A stretch of 63,134 nt of DNA, the filler included, from Reticulomyxa filosa (lineage: Eukaryota; Protista; Foraminifera), in assembly GCA_000512085.1 (NCBI GenBank). It is 19 parts of 19 records of this genome, joined end to end, with 100 filler letters (N's around TTAATTAATTAA, not from the genome) between each part and the next. Parts side by side here need not be neighbours in the genome. Positions count along the whole stretch, not along the records: positions 1 to 6,846 come from ASPP01029436.1; positions 6,947 to 14,805 come from ASPP01012853.1; 17 more parts are not named here. The stretch is one strand, 5' to 3'. Shown here piece after piece: positions 1 to 12,360 of the stretch; position 1 is the first letter of the stretch; the number at the start of each line of letters is the position of its first letter. Both the position numbers and the translations under genes were made by a program. A model generated the notes under the pieces. It did no database searches, was not told the origin of the DNA, and worked only from the letters and a program-made list of their open reading frames with translations.

Positions 1-879
1 AGGTACAAATGTACTTCAATTTGGAATGGGTTTGTCTTTGCTACATATCGTACCAGTTTGATGTTCCATTTGCCTTGCAGCCCAGAGTCTTTGTTGATGT
101 ACCATTTTGTTTATTATTTAAAGCCATTTGTGCGACAGGTTTGATCTTGTTCTTTACCGTCAACACAATTAATCCGCAGGTAAAATAATCCTTGTAATTG
201 GAAAAACACATGGGCTGGCATACTCCAAGACTACTTTTCAAGCCATAATCGCCACGACAAATTGGCAGCTCGCAACACGCACAGTCTTCAAAACTATAGT
301 ATAAAGGTGTGGAAAGATTTGCATATGTGTTATTGAGAATATCGAGAGAGTTACCATTTAAACTTGCATTGGCTCAAATCTGGTGCTCGTGTCGAAGAGG
401 ATACGAAGGGCGAGAGATTTGTACGATTGCATATGATGAACTGTCGCTATGGGTCCAGGAATAGCTTCGGATAATTCAATGTCGCTCTAAAGCTCGTACG
501 TTGGACTGAGCGAGCTGTCGCAAGAGCAGTGATAACTGCAAATAAAAAACCAAAATCCAAAAATCTTTTCTTCATTTTATGGCTTGGACGTACATGTCTG
601 GACGGCCTCACGTATAATCTTTTCCTTTCTGCATATATGTAAAAAAAATAATTATTTTATTATCACAAAAAAGAAATTGTTGAAAATCACATGGATATAA
701 TAGAAATTGAGAAGAACGTATAATGCGAAGTGACTTTTAATGCTGAACTTGTTGTTGATAGCTGCTGCTGTCGCTTTATCCTATTTTTTTATTTAAACAA
801 ATCAATATGAAAAAAAAAAGTATTTATTTTACTTAACTTTTATTTTGAGATCCACTGGATCTAACATTTTGGAGTAATA

Positions 880-1720
880 GCTCCAAGATAAAAAAAATAT
901 ATATATATTTCTTTTTTATCATCTTTTTTTCTCTTTTTTCTTTTTTTCTTATTTTTTCTTTTTCTTTTTATTATTTATTTTCTTCTTTTATAATCATATA
1001 AAGTTTTTTTCATTATTTCTTTTTTCCCCCCCTTTTTTTCATACATTTTTTTCCCCATTATTTATTTATATCTTTTTTTTCATCCTTTTTTATTTTTTAT
1101 CAATCTTCCCCCTATTTTTTCCATATCATTTTTATCCATCTTCCACATTTTTTTCACATCCCAAATATCCAATTTCTTTCATAAAAAATCTTTGGTCCCT
1201 GCGAAGATATACAAACATACATAAAACCTTATTTTTTAAATTTTTAAGATCAACAGAATACCTTTGCTCTGGATTGCAAGCTCACGTTTCAAGTTTTCCT
1301 GTAATACACTAACATCTTTTTTTTGTTTATGTATTGATGGAGGTGACAAACAAAAAATAAAAATAAATGTTTTTCTTTGTGCAGGGGAATTCCTATATAT
1401 TACAAACACATAATCACATTATTTTGATAAAACAAAAACATAAATATATAAACACAACATACCTTTTTTTTTTTGTAGTAGGCCAGATGGTCTTCGACCC
1501 CATTTTTGTTTTTTTTGTATGTGGATTGGGGAAAAACAGGTAACAGTCTTTAAGGACGGGGGATTCCTATATACAAACACAAATCATATTAATATATTTT
1601 TATTAAAAAAAAGATATAACAAACCTCTTTTGCTCCTTTCGGAGACGGGGGTGGATTCTACCCCGTGTTTGATCGTTGTCGTTGTGTTGCTGTTGCGCGT
1701 CATCTCGTCATTGATCTATG
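880..1720 (-). repeat. STPSP micro-exon/A-rich-tail repeat element, copy A
   Basis: The minus strand reads GVESTP(S)PKGAKE, GT..AG intron, ESPVLK..., intron, EFP..., then a long A/G-rich tail. The core CCCCGTCTCCG(A/C)AAGGAG is shared with copies at about 28100 and 45750, and a diverged version is at about 22990. Confidence 0.8.
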
Positions 1721-3918
1721 TTATTTTTTATACGTTGAAAAAAAAAATCATACATTGTTTTCGTGCATTTATTTGAAAGACAAAAAGTATGTACATATAT
1801 ATACGTATGTTAAAAAAGGCTTTATATACCAATTGGCAGTGTAGTCTTGCTGGTGGTGGTCGACTGGCCTTCTTTTGTTGTTGTTTCGCAATGCGCAGTC
1901 GTTATGTTGGACGGCCATTTGTGCCATGCCACGTGATGGCCTTTCTTTGTGACGACAGAGTTCGTCATGCCCAACCATTGAGCAAATGGGCGCCATTTAA
2001 GATAGTCGCATATATTGAACGACATCACTAGCCAATAGGGCAAATCACAATCACTGATCCCCTTTCATTTATACAAAGCGCTTTGGGGGCATTTGGTGCT
2101 CACATAATGACACGCCGTCGATTGCGCTGGTGTGACGCAGATAATATCATGGGCGAACACAATCATCCACCATATCATTCTTAGCTTCCACACTAACATC
2201 GCTAATAATCCCATTGTTTGTGCCTGCTCTGTGTTGCCAGCGTATGTCTCCATCGTGGAATTGAGCAAAGCACTTGCTCTGGGAGTCTCAGCGTATTGTC
2301 TATTTTTTTTTAATTGTAAAATTGAAACGAATTGTTATTTTATTATCAAAGTTTTTTTGCATAACTCCATCTTTTTTTAATTGAAACGAAGATATATCAA
2401 AAGTAACTGAAGTGTTGACAAGTTTGATGGGCCATATGACAGATGATGTTGTGACTGTGATTGCTGTGATAGTCGAGATTGTGGCACGCGGAGCCAGTGT
2501 GACTTGGAGAGTTGCCTCCAAATGTATGTCGCGCTTGCGAATTGCAACGCGCCATTATTCAGAAATGAGACAAGGAGTTTAGATGAATTTGTGCATTTTG
2601 GAGCACAATCGAAACGGCGTGACATATGTACGCATATGACTCCGAACCTCGCCAAAAAAAAAAGGAAAAAGCATGACTACTGGCCAACCCATTAACTTTC
2701 ATAAAAAGATTCGTATTTGGATTTTAGTGAACAGATTTTATAAAAAATTGCTTTTGTCACACATTTTATCAAGACATTTTTCATTTTTTTTATTCAAATT
2801 GTAAATAAAAATTTCGAGACTAAAAAGGTTTTTTAAGAAAGATCTAAAAACTCTAAACATGAACAAGATCATTATAGCGAAAGGTAGTGTCGCGTTATTG
2901 CTCCTTGCCGTTTGTGACTTTTTAAGTTTTGTTATGTTTTAGTTTGCGACTTTATTGCAACAAAAACACCGCACAAGAGCTCAACACCTAACTTTTTTTT
3001 TATTAACATTTTTTCATTATGAAATAAATAGTCCAAAAAAAAAACAAAATGGCGGATTTGAAAAAACCGAAACACAACACGGTGCAGAATGTAACACCAA
3101 ATTCACAAGCAATAAAAAGAAAAAAGAGATAGCATCCCTTTTATTTTTATTTTGTTTTGGCTAGTGACCTTTAAATGATTAAAAACGATGGCAAAGAGTT
3201 GAGCTAAACGATTTGAAAAATATTTCAATGTGGATATTAATGCCATGAAGCGCATTTTTTTGAATAATGGCAATATTATATATCTAATAATGGACTGTCA
3301 TCCTTTTTATGATATTAATCATTGGAGAAAAGCCTTTGAAATATGGCTGACAGGTTACTGAAAAAAAAAAATGCTGGAACATCTTTACCATAACTCAACT
3401 CCATTCACTCCGTCTATTTGTAATATCCGAGAATATATTTAACAAATCAAAATCAGCGACTATTTTGTCTTTTGAAGCTTTGAGTAATCGAGATGAGCTC
3501 AGAAAAAAGAGGTTCATATACTTGACGCATCGAATATCAGGTATCGCAGGATGAAGAAATGAATATAACTGACCCCTGCAAAATGCACAAGCGCAAAGTT
3601 TTGGAAACAAGACAAAAACAAACAACACAAAAAGCAATGGGGGGGGAGGTACATCTATTTTTCAACATTTCAAAACAACAGCAAAAGGAAATTAAAAAAA
3701 CGTGAATGACAGGACCTCGTGGTCGGAGTGTGGCGCGACGGTCTTTGATTGGATGCAACAACCCTGTGTTGGTCCCATGAGCACGGAGGTGCAACGAATG
3801 GCAGTGGCAATGATTGAGAGTACATCCACTACTTTTGGTGTTCGCAGTGAATTTTTCAAGGGCGCTTCCAGTCAAACAAAAGAAAAGGGAATCAAATGAT
3901 GTTTTCAAGTTATAATAC

Positions 3919-3952
<34 letters not shown>

Positions 3953-6846
3953 ATCAGCATTGTTTTTGCTCAACCAACATGCATTTTTGTCACACCATAT
4001 ACTTTTATGCATGTACATGCTATTTGTCGTTGTTTTTAAATGCACCTCAATATACATATATATATAAATACACAAATATATAACATAAAAATATTAATTT
4101 TTTTTTTTTTACATTTTGAGTAGTATTTGATGCCAAACAAAATATCAATCTTAGAAATTGGCATGAGTCTGCCATTAATCGTGGTAACTTGCTGTTACGT
4201 CCGTTCATTTACTTATATATACATATACATATATATGAATATATTTGCATGTGATCATGGACCACATTACAACACATGAAATAACATATCTGTGAATCGG
4301 AACGATCAATACAAATGGGTGCAAAAGTGTAAGAGTATCAATGATACCTTCAAGTGAACAGAACAACTCAAGCGAACAAAAAGAAGGACAGAAAAGACCA
4401 TTGCATGTAAATAATCAAAGTCCAACACTGGCAATAGTTGACAACATATCGATGGGCAGCAAAAAGCGGCAAAATGAAAAGAACTAAACAAAGGAACAGC
4501 TAGAAAGTTTGAATTGCATGCAAGTGGTAGAAATGAACAACCAGAAGGAAGAAAAACAAGACAACAACAACGAACACAAATGTCAATCCGAAAAAAACAG
4601 TGCAATGGTCGTTCAACGTGTGCTGATCAATGAGTCGAGAACAAAGGATAGCATTTCCACTTGTCTTCTCAACAACAGTTGCCCACGAATCCATATTGTT
4701 TTATCTTCCATGGCCGAACACGTCGTTTCCGTTGTAAAATTTTTAAATATCAAACAATTGGAAAATTAATAAAATTTTTAAAATCAAACAAAAGGTTCAC
4801 TCAACACTAACCCAAGTTTTTTTTAGAAGTTCAGTAACAAACACTTCACATGACGGCAACTAAATCAGATCGAATGAGAGTTTTTTTCAGCCCACAGTTG
4901 TCGACGTCTCATTTGGTACGCTCACACAGCCACATTTCACGTCAAATTTCGTGCACACGTCGACTATTTAGCAAGAGCGACGTAATCACATAAATTCCAA
5001 TGGTCCTTTCTTTGAGTTTGTGTGCTTGTCGGCGTACTTCATTTTCAATTCTTAAACAATACATTGATTTTTTTTTTTCGCTGGTCGTGTCTAACTGCTG
5101 CGCGTAAGCTCTTGTTTTTCGCGATCATTGATTAAATATTATGCCAAAAGCATTTTGGGAAGAGGATCACACAATCATGTCTTTTCATCGTAATGAGTTG
5201 ACCGTCAGCTCTTATTTTCTATGCCTACTTCTTGATGCTATACGTTTCACATTAATCATGAGATATTTTCTTGTAACTAAAGAGAAAACTGATAAAAAAA
5301 ACAAATGATTTTTAACTTAATGACTTTGAGCAAGTTTTGTATTAACCAATTTTGATAGCACACCAAGTTTCATATCATCCACTAAATCAACACGGCCATA
5401 CCAATTTGCATCGCTGAAGTGTGTCCACACATCTTGGTGTGTGACACCAGAGGCACATAGAATATCACATCATACATGAAAAAAGCGACGAACACAATAT
5501 CTAACTAATATCTAATCAGTCAGATATTTTCATACAATTCATTTTGGGAGTGAAAGTTGTGTTTGACTGCAAACACATAACATTCCATTGCTACTTGTGT
5601 TCCTCGTCTCCATGTACAGCATCTATATGCACATCAAAGAATTTATTCTGCTGATCCTCTTCATCCGCATTGCCTCTGTGTGGACGTGGGCAAATGACTT
5701 GTTTTCCATGATAGATTCCTACTTCTCCACATTAATACGTCGTCATTGCTATTTCACACAACTCATTGCTGCTTGTCGTACTGTTTGAAATAGTCCAATT
5801 TTATGTTTGCTTTCACTTTTCTTAATTCTTATCTTTATCCAAAGAAAAGAAATAACTGCACAATGAAAGGGTCCATGTTCACATTGCATTGACTGACAAT
5901 ATGTTACAAAGGACGTATAAATCCACATTGAGAGTGAAATACGACTACTTTCGTCCATTAAATGGAACTTCTATCCTTTGCGATACCAATTTCACGCATG
6001 TCACAATGGATATTTTCTGCGGAATAACGACCACTTCACTGTCTCTACATTTCTGCTGCCGTTGCTCAATGGTAAAATCACATTTACATTCACTACAATC
6101 GCAGAAAGGTTTTCTCGTTCCTTTCTTTAATTGTATGGATCGAGTTGTGGATTTACCACGAAGCAACCCATTTTTGGAATGTAATTGTAATATTTACCAG
6201 AGTTGGGCAATCGCACCGTCACAAATGTATTCAGTTAATGGATACTGATTCACATAGCCTTCTTTATTCTCAATGACTCGTACACGATTACAATTATGAT
6301 TTTTGGTGTGATGATGGTTTTCTCCATGTGACAACACAAATTTGGATGGCAAGCAATTTGAGCAGAGCCATTGCCAGAGGCACCCAAGTGTCTGCGAACA
6401 GCATCAAATACAATCTGTTATCGAGAATAAGCTATGTAATGCTTGCACAACAACCAAAGATGCAATATTCAATGAAATACTTGTTACATATGCTGACGCG
6501 CTGCCTTGAACCACTTGTTCACAATTTGAAGCGTTCATCTGGGTGCCAATGTTTCAATTGAATACAATCTTTTGGGTTGCTGTCTTTTGTCTTGTGATTG
6601 GAATATACAGCAGCAGGAGAAGAGTCAAACAATGACACATCAATTACTTTTCCGTACATGTCAATGACTACCTCCATTGCGCTGATAGATAACCTAGTCC
6701 ATATACGATGTTGTCGTAGCACTGGCTCGAATAACTTGATGGATGCTACATGAAAATAGCATCCATTGACTAACATTGTCGTTGTCCAAGTTATATTTGC
6801 ACAAAGATAAAAATTTTGTTTAGCGCATCTCCATTCGAAAGCGATA

Positions 6847-6946
6847 NNNNNNNNNNNNNNNNNNNNNNNNNNNNNNNNNNNNNNNNNNNNTTAATTAATT
6901 AANNNNNNNNNNNNNNNNNNNNNNNNNNNNNNNNNNNNNNNNNNNN
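6847..6946. other. Artificial contig linker (first of 18)
   Basis: N44-TTAATTAATTAA-N44 gives stops in all six frames. Identical linkers start at 14806, 18068, 20193, 21318, 31576, 33416, 35348, 39279, 40491, 49551, 50902, 52271, 53518, 54642, 59408, 60645 and 61761. Confidence 0.98.
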
Positions 6947-7008
6947 GTACGTACGTGATGAGTGATGACTAGAATGCAACCTTCAAAAAAATTATATGTG
7001 TTGTGTAG

Positions 7009-7273
7009 GTCTTTGAAAAGGAGAGAGCCGTGTTCCGCATTTGCGACATTGGCAGACAAAGCAAAAAGTGGGCGTTTCAAATGTTCACTCACGTCGATGC
7101 TGTCATTTATGTCGCCGCGTTGAACCACTTCGAATGCGTCGTGTTCGGCGAACGGTATAAAAATTCTATGCACGAGGCATTGGAGCTATTTGACAGCGTG
7201 TGTAACAGCAAATGGTTTCGAACTGCAGGTACATGCGTAGTATGTGTTTCTTTAGTAAAACTTAATTGTACTG

Positions 7274-7304
<31 letters not shown>

Positions 7305-7708
7305 GGGGCAACAAAAAAACTTTTCCAAAAAAAAAAAAAATAATAATAATAGAGATCATATTGTTTCTAAACAAAGATGATCTGTTTCGAGAGTGCATTG
7401 GCAATGGACACTCGTTGAGCATGTGTTTCAGTCGTAGAGTAGAGTGGTGGGGTGAAGAGTGGAGAACCGAGTTCGACTATCTTCCTTCTCCCGACAGACG
7501 TTATGTGGACGATCCTCTATTCACAACGAGCTATAATGCTGCCATTGATTTCATCACCAGACAATTTTTAAGCCAAAACAGAGTCCAAAGTAAACAAATA
7601 GTCGTTCATGTCACTTGCGCCACGGACACACAGCAAATTAACAGAATTGTGTGGGATGTCCAACGTATCATCGTTCGAAGTAATCTAAAAAAAGGAGGAC
7701 TTGTTTGA
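7009..7708 (+). CDS. Heterotrimeric G-protein alpha subunit, C-terminal part (atypical switch II); exons 7009-7228 and 7353-7708, 5' truncated by contig end
   Basis: FRICDIGRQSKKW (G3 region), DAVIYVAAL, EALELFDSVCNSKWF, IILFLNKDDLF (G4), HVTCATDT (G5) and C-terminal NLKKGGLV. A GT-AG intron joins the exons in frame. Confidence 0.92.
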
Positions 7709-8166
7709 GAACACTGCTAATCTAATCTTGTCTCGTTTATTATCGGGCCATACTTTTCAAAAGTTTTTTTTTTTTTTTTTTGAGATTGTGTTGTTTTGTT
7801 GTTTTTTTATTTTTCTTTCGATGCCTTTAATCGAATATCCAAGTTGATCCCCCTTTTCTTTTGGGTCTTTTGCTCTTTTTTTTTTCTTCGTTGTTATGGT
7901 TTTTGAGTGTTTATTGGCATATTTTTTTTCCCCCTTTTATTTGCAGATGTTGTTGGGTATATCATGTTAAAATAATAAATAATCACTGTAATCCACAACA
8001 TTTAGTATTGTTGCAAATTTTGACTTTTCCGGGAAAACTGTAAAAAAAAATAACTCCTGTCACTTTTTCAATATTTCTGAATTTGATTTTGTGTCGGTTG
8101 TGTCTTTTAATTTGCCGCTAATGGCAAATTGATCTCCCAAATTTCAGAAATGGTAACAAATTAAAT

Positions 8167-9070
8167 TTAAAATTTACTTTTTTCATTACCAAATTTAAAA
8201 AAACTTGGTGTTATCTGCATACATAATTGTATTAAATCACATTTACAAAATTCATACAGACAAAAACAATTATTTGTCGCTTTGTAATTATTGAATTTGT
8301 ACTTTATTATGTAATCATTATTCTGGCCATATGCCAATATGTTCAACTGCTGACTTTCGTTTTTGGTTAAGGTCAGTTGTTCGATCAAAAACTCTCGATC
8401 ACTTTCGAATGTTGAAATTTCTTGCTGCAAAAAGTTATTCTTTTGTAGTAGCTGCTCAATCAAAAATGAAATTTTACTCTCCGTAAGCGTGAGACAAACA
8501 AACAAATCTCGCCTGGTGTTATCGTAATGTTGGTCAACAGTTCTTTTGAGATGACCAATTTCTTCGTCTAATTCTCTGTTTGATGCTACGCTCTTGTGAA
8601 GCTTTCAAATGCTGCCATAACAAACAAAAAAAGGATATTACTGTTTAATTGTGGAATTGTGCTTGTGATAATGCCTCGAAATTTTATGCAAAATTTTTGA
8701 GAAGATTACCCCTTTTGTCCTTAAACACAAAAAACAAGAAAGTAGTCACTTTTGCTCTTTCTTCTTCCAGTTCATTTTCTAATTGTTTAAACTTTACTTT
8801 GTAATTATGAGCAATTTCTTTCCCTGTTTTTGTATTATCGTTGTAACGTACTTGCACCTAATTTCTAATCTTTTTTGTATTCGTGTAAATGCTGTACCAT
8901 TTTTCTTGACATTTCTCCATTTACTTTTTCAACGGTGTTTATCACAAGCAGTTTTAGAAAAACTTGTGCTTTTAGGTTCAGGTCCTTCGTCAAACCTCTG
9001 TTTGAAGGTTTGCACTGACGATACTTCGCTTTGTAGTTGTTTTAAAACGTGTTTTTCCTCCATTCTTCAC
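8167..9070 (-). pseudogene. Degenerate coiled-coil protein fragments
   Basis: Q/E/K/L-rich heptad-like peptides (FLIEQL occurs twice) broken by stops and frameshifts. Confidence 0.35.
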
Positions 9071-9577
9071 CTTTCATCCAGTTTAATAAAAGATTAATAT
9101 CCAGTTTTTTGACAACAAACATTACAAATTTTTTCGAGCCTTTTGGGGTTCCGTTTTTTGGAAGTCTTGCGAGTATCCACAATTAATTTTCAATAATTAA
9201 GATTTTTAAAGATTTCATAGTTTTTTATTTCACTAACAATACGTTTTCCTTTTCTTTAAAATTGCACAATATTTCATTTTATCGTATTCTTGTTGAACGA
9301 AGTTTTCGACAGCTGTTCTGAAAATGCAGAGAGTCATTCCAAAAAGGCTTCATTGATCCGTTACAAGAAATTGAAGTAATAAAATTTCAGCATTTTTAGC
9401 ATTTGGCAAAGCGGATACAATTTGGTTAATTTTGATTCTGGATTTGTCTTAAACTGAAGAAGAAAAACTTCGTACAACAAAAACAGTAAAGCAGCAAGGG
9501 GGAATAATTCTCTAAGAGGTGTTGATTGCATTTGTAATTTTCAGCCACTTTATAGTCAAATCTATTATAAATAAACA

Positions 9578-10126
9578 ATGGCAATTTGGGCACGAGTACT
9601 CGCTCAAGTAGTTCTTCAATTTGGTAACGTGTTCGTACGAGCGTTCGGTCAAGCCTTAGAACAGGCTGGTCGAGGCGGTGGCAAAGAAGCAGCACAACAA
9701 GCAACCCGAAAGGTAATGGGAAAGATGTCGCATAAAGAAGCTTTGAAAATATTAAATATCGAAGAGGCACAGCTTACACACGCAGAAATCACAAAAGTTA
9801 ACTGAATGACAAAACAAGAGGGGAAAGAAAAAATAAGAAAATTCTAACAAATTCTGTCCTGTTTGTATTTTTAGAGATTTGAGAAATTGTATCAACTCAA
9901 TCAAATCAAACAAGGAGGTTCTTATTTCCTGCAGTGCAAAGCAGAGCATGCAAAAAACACTTTAAATGAATATCTGTCGGAAGAACTTCAGAAAAAAGAA
10001 CAATCACAAAATTCCAACAACTCGTCAAATAATAGTTCGTCTCAAGATCAACAACCACCAATTCAACCATATCAAGAAAGGGAATTTCCAGGGCAAGAAT
10101 TTCCGAAAGAAAAACAAAACAAATAA
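9578..10126 (+). CDS. PAM16: Mitochondrial import motor subunit Pam16/Tim16; exons 9578-9796 and 9875-10126
   Basis: N-terminal ...VFVRAFGQA, J-like domain MSHKEALKILNI...EITK|RFEKLYQLN...GGSYFLQCK, one canonical GT-AG intron, intact frame. Confidence 0.9.
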
Positions 10127-11107
10127 TCAAACAAATTAGACTCTAATTATATAATCGGGTTTATAGTTTTTCTGAGTTTTTCACAATAAAAAAAAACACA
10201 ATTTTCTATGGATAATGAATCCAGAGCAAATCCATCATGTACCAATCAACTTTTTGTAGAGAATAAAAAAAAAACAGATATCTCCACAACTCAAATGTGG
10301 AACCTGATTTCAAAAAAAAAATCAAAACTTTTTAAAAAATCTGAGTTCATCTCTTTTAATATTCGCCTCCATGCTGAATGTTTGACACAAAGGCTACGCA
10401 ATTATAAATATTTGCTATCCATTTTACATTTTGCTTTTCTAACGTCCAATAGCTTCATTGGTTCAATTTGCAAACAAATTTTGCTAAAACAATTTTGGCC
10501 AATGCTACAATCTTAGCAAGACGAACACTGGAAATAATTTTATTAGAGTATGAAAAAAACTTTAAAAATCAAATATTAAAACATTGAACAATCAAAAGAA
10601 AATATTTCAAAACTAACAATTCTAAGGTCATACCCTGAAACAAAAAGTAAAGTGTTACAGCCTTATTGTCCAATTTGCTTTTTGTGAAAATGATAAAAAC
10701 CGATAACAACTATAAAAATATAATCATTGGAAGTTAAAAATATATAAAGTAGTTTATCATTTTGAGAAATTATTACATAGTTATAAAAAATCACGTTAAG
10801 CAAGTATGTATACACAATTGTAATAAAATAATGCATGTTTAAAACCTAGTGAATTGATTATGTACCATTTTTTAATATTTGACGTGCTTATAAGTATATG
10901 CAAATTTATTTGGTCATTTTTTTCTCTCAGTCAAAATTGAACCCTGGTCACTTTATTTGTGCTTTAATGATATTTGCATTTTTTGTTTTTAATTTTTGTT
11001 TGCACATGTTAATTTTTTTCATCTTAAGGAACAAATCATGAAAAAATTATTACAGTCAATCGTTTTTCTCATTTTACATATGAAATTGCTTGGTATTGCA
11101 AAAAAGC

Positions 11108-12360
11108 TTACTTCCAACCCCAAATCGGTCTGCAGTAGTATTTCTCTTGTTTTCCTAAAACTTGACATGCTTCACAGTTTGGGCCATTAGTCGGTCCACA
11201 ATATCCTGTTATCGTCAAACAACAAAACAGGGGCGATAATATGATGTATATATGCATGTGCATATGTTTTTTTAGAAATTACCATCCCAGCCCATTATTA
11301 GCTGCGTTCCCACTTTACGACCACAGTACCATTTTTTTTCATTTGGTTCATATTTTGAAGTGAATCCTTCTTTATTGACCAAATGATTTTTAGGTAACTT
11401 TCTGGTAGTCACATCCAATTTCATGCAAGGCACACAATTGCACCCGTTCGCTTGGTTTTATTTGTTTATTTATGTATGTATGTATTAATTTTTTTAAATC
11501 ATAACAAAACACAATATCCGCCCTAATTGATATTAGAAGTTTGAGCAAAAAAAAAAAAAGTCTTGGGCCACATGATCCATCACAACAGCCACAAGTGAAA
11601 GATAATTTGCCCTGGCAATAATACTTCCCAGTGGAACCTAATCGAGCAGTCGCTTTATTTTCGTTCTTTCGTGTTTCAACTGGGGAACCTTTTTTTTAAA
11701 AAAAAAAAAAAAAATATGTATACGTTACATTCATACTTATTCGACTTTATTAAAAAAAAAAAAAAAAAAAAAAAAATGTAAATAATAAAACCAACTTGTG
11801 TTACTTGAAGCAGAATTGTCCGACTGTTCTGTCTTTTTCCAAAAGGCATCAAATGCAGTGACTAAATCCGAACCGTGCCGCTCTTGAATATGTTGTTGAT
11901 AACCCTGCAAATTTCCGGAAAAGTCGCACTTTGGATACGAGCAAGTGTATTTACTATTTGGACACTGCGTCAGATGCTGTTTTATATTCCCTCTTACCAA
12001 ATTCTTTGCTTCACAATTGTTTGGACAGGTTGTTGGCAATGCATCTATCAATCGACGAGCAAATTTGCTCACCTTTTTTTTTTAAAAAATACATATACCA
12101 TTTACGAGTTATTATTTTCTTATTTGTAAATGTGACATTACACATGACTTTTCCTGTTTCACCTGAAAACTTGCTGACGCTCGACACAATGGACATTGCA
12201 GCGGCTTGTAGCTTTCACTCGATTTTAGTTCTTCAATACATGTCTCACAGAAAAGTTTATGACAACATTGTGATTCCAAGGCTTCTTCGGCAATTCCATA
12301 ACAAATAGCACATATTAATTCATCTTCTACTGATTTATTAAATTTTTCGTCCTCGGCCAT
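11108..12360 (-). CDS. RING-finger E3 ligase-like protein with TRAF/SIAH-type Zn fingers and a tandem C-terminal Cys-rich domain (5 exons)
   Basis: CAIC..CCHKLFCETC..CPLC RING; CPNNC..HLTQC, C..C..H..H; C-terminal ARLGSTGKYYC..CGCCDGSCGPTNGCNCVPCMKLD..LVNKEG..WYCGR..DGYCGPTNGPNCEAC; TAA at 11108-11110. Intron 3 needs a GA donor. Confidence 0.85.

Noticed and set aside
4509-4769. Kinesin switch-I-like peptide (TCLLNNSCPRIH)
   Set aside because: A single weak motif with no P-loop or DLAGSE nearby.
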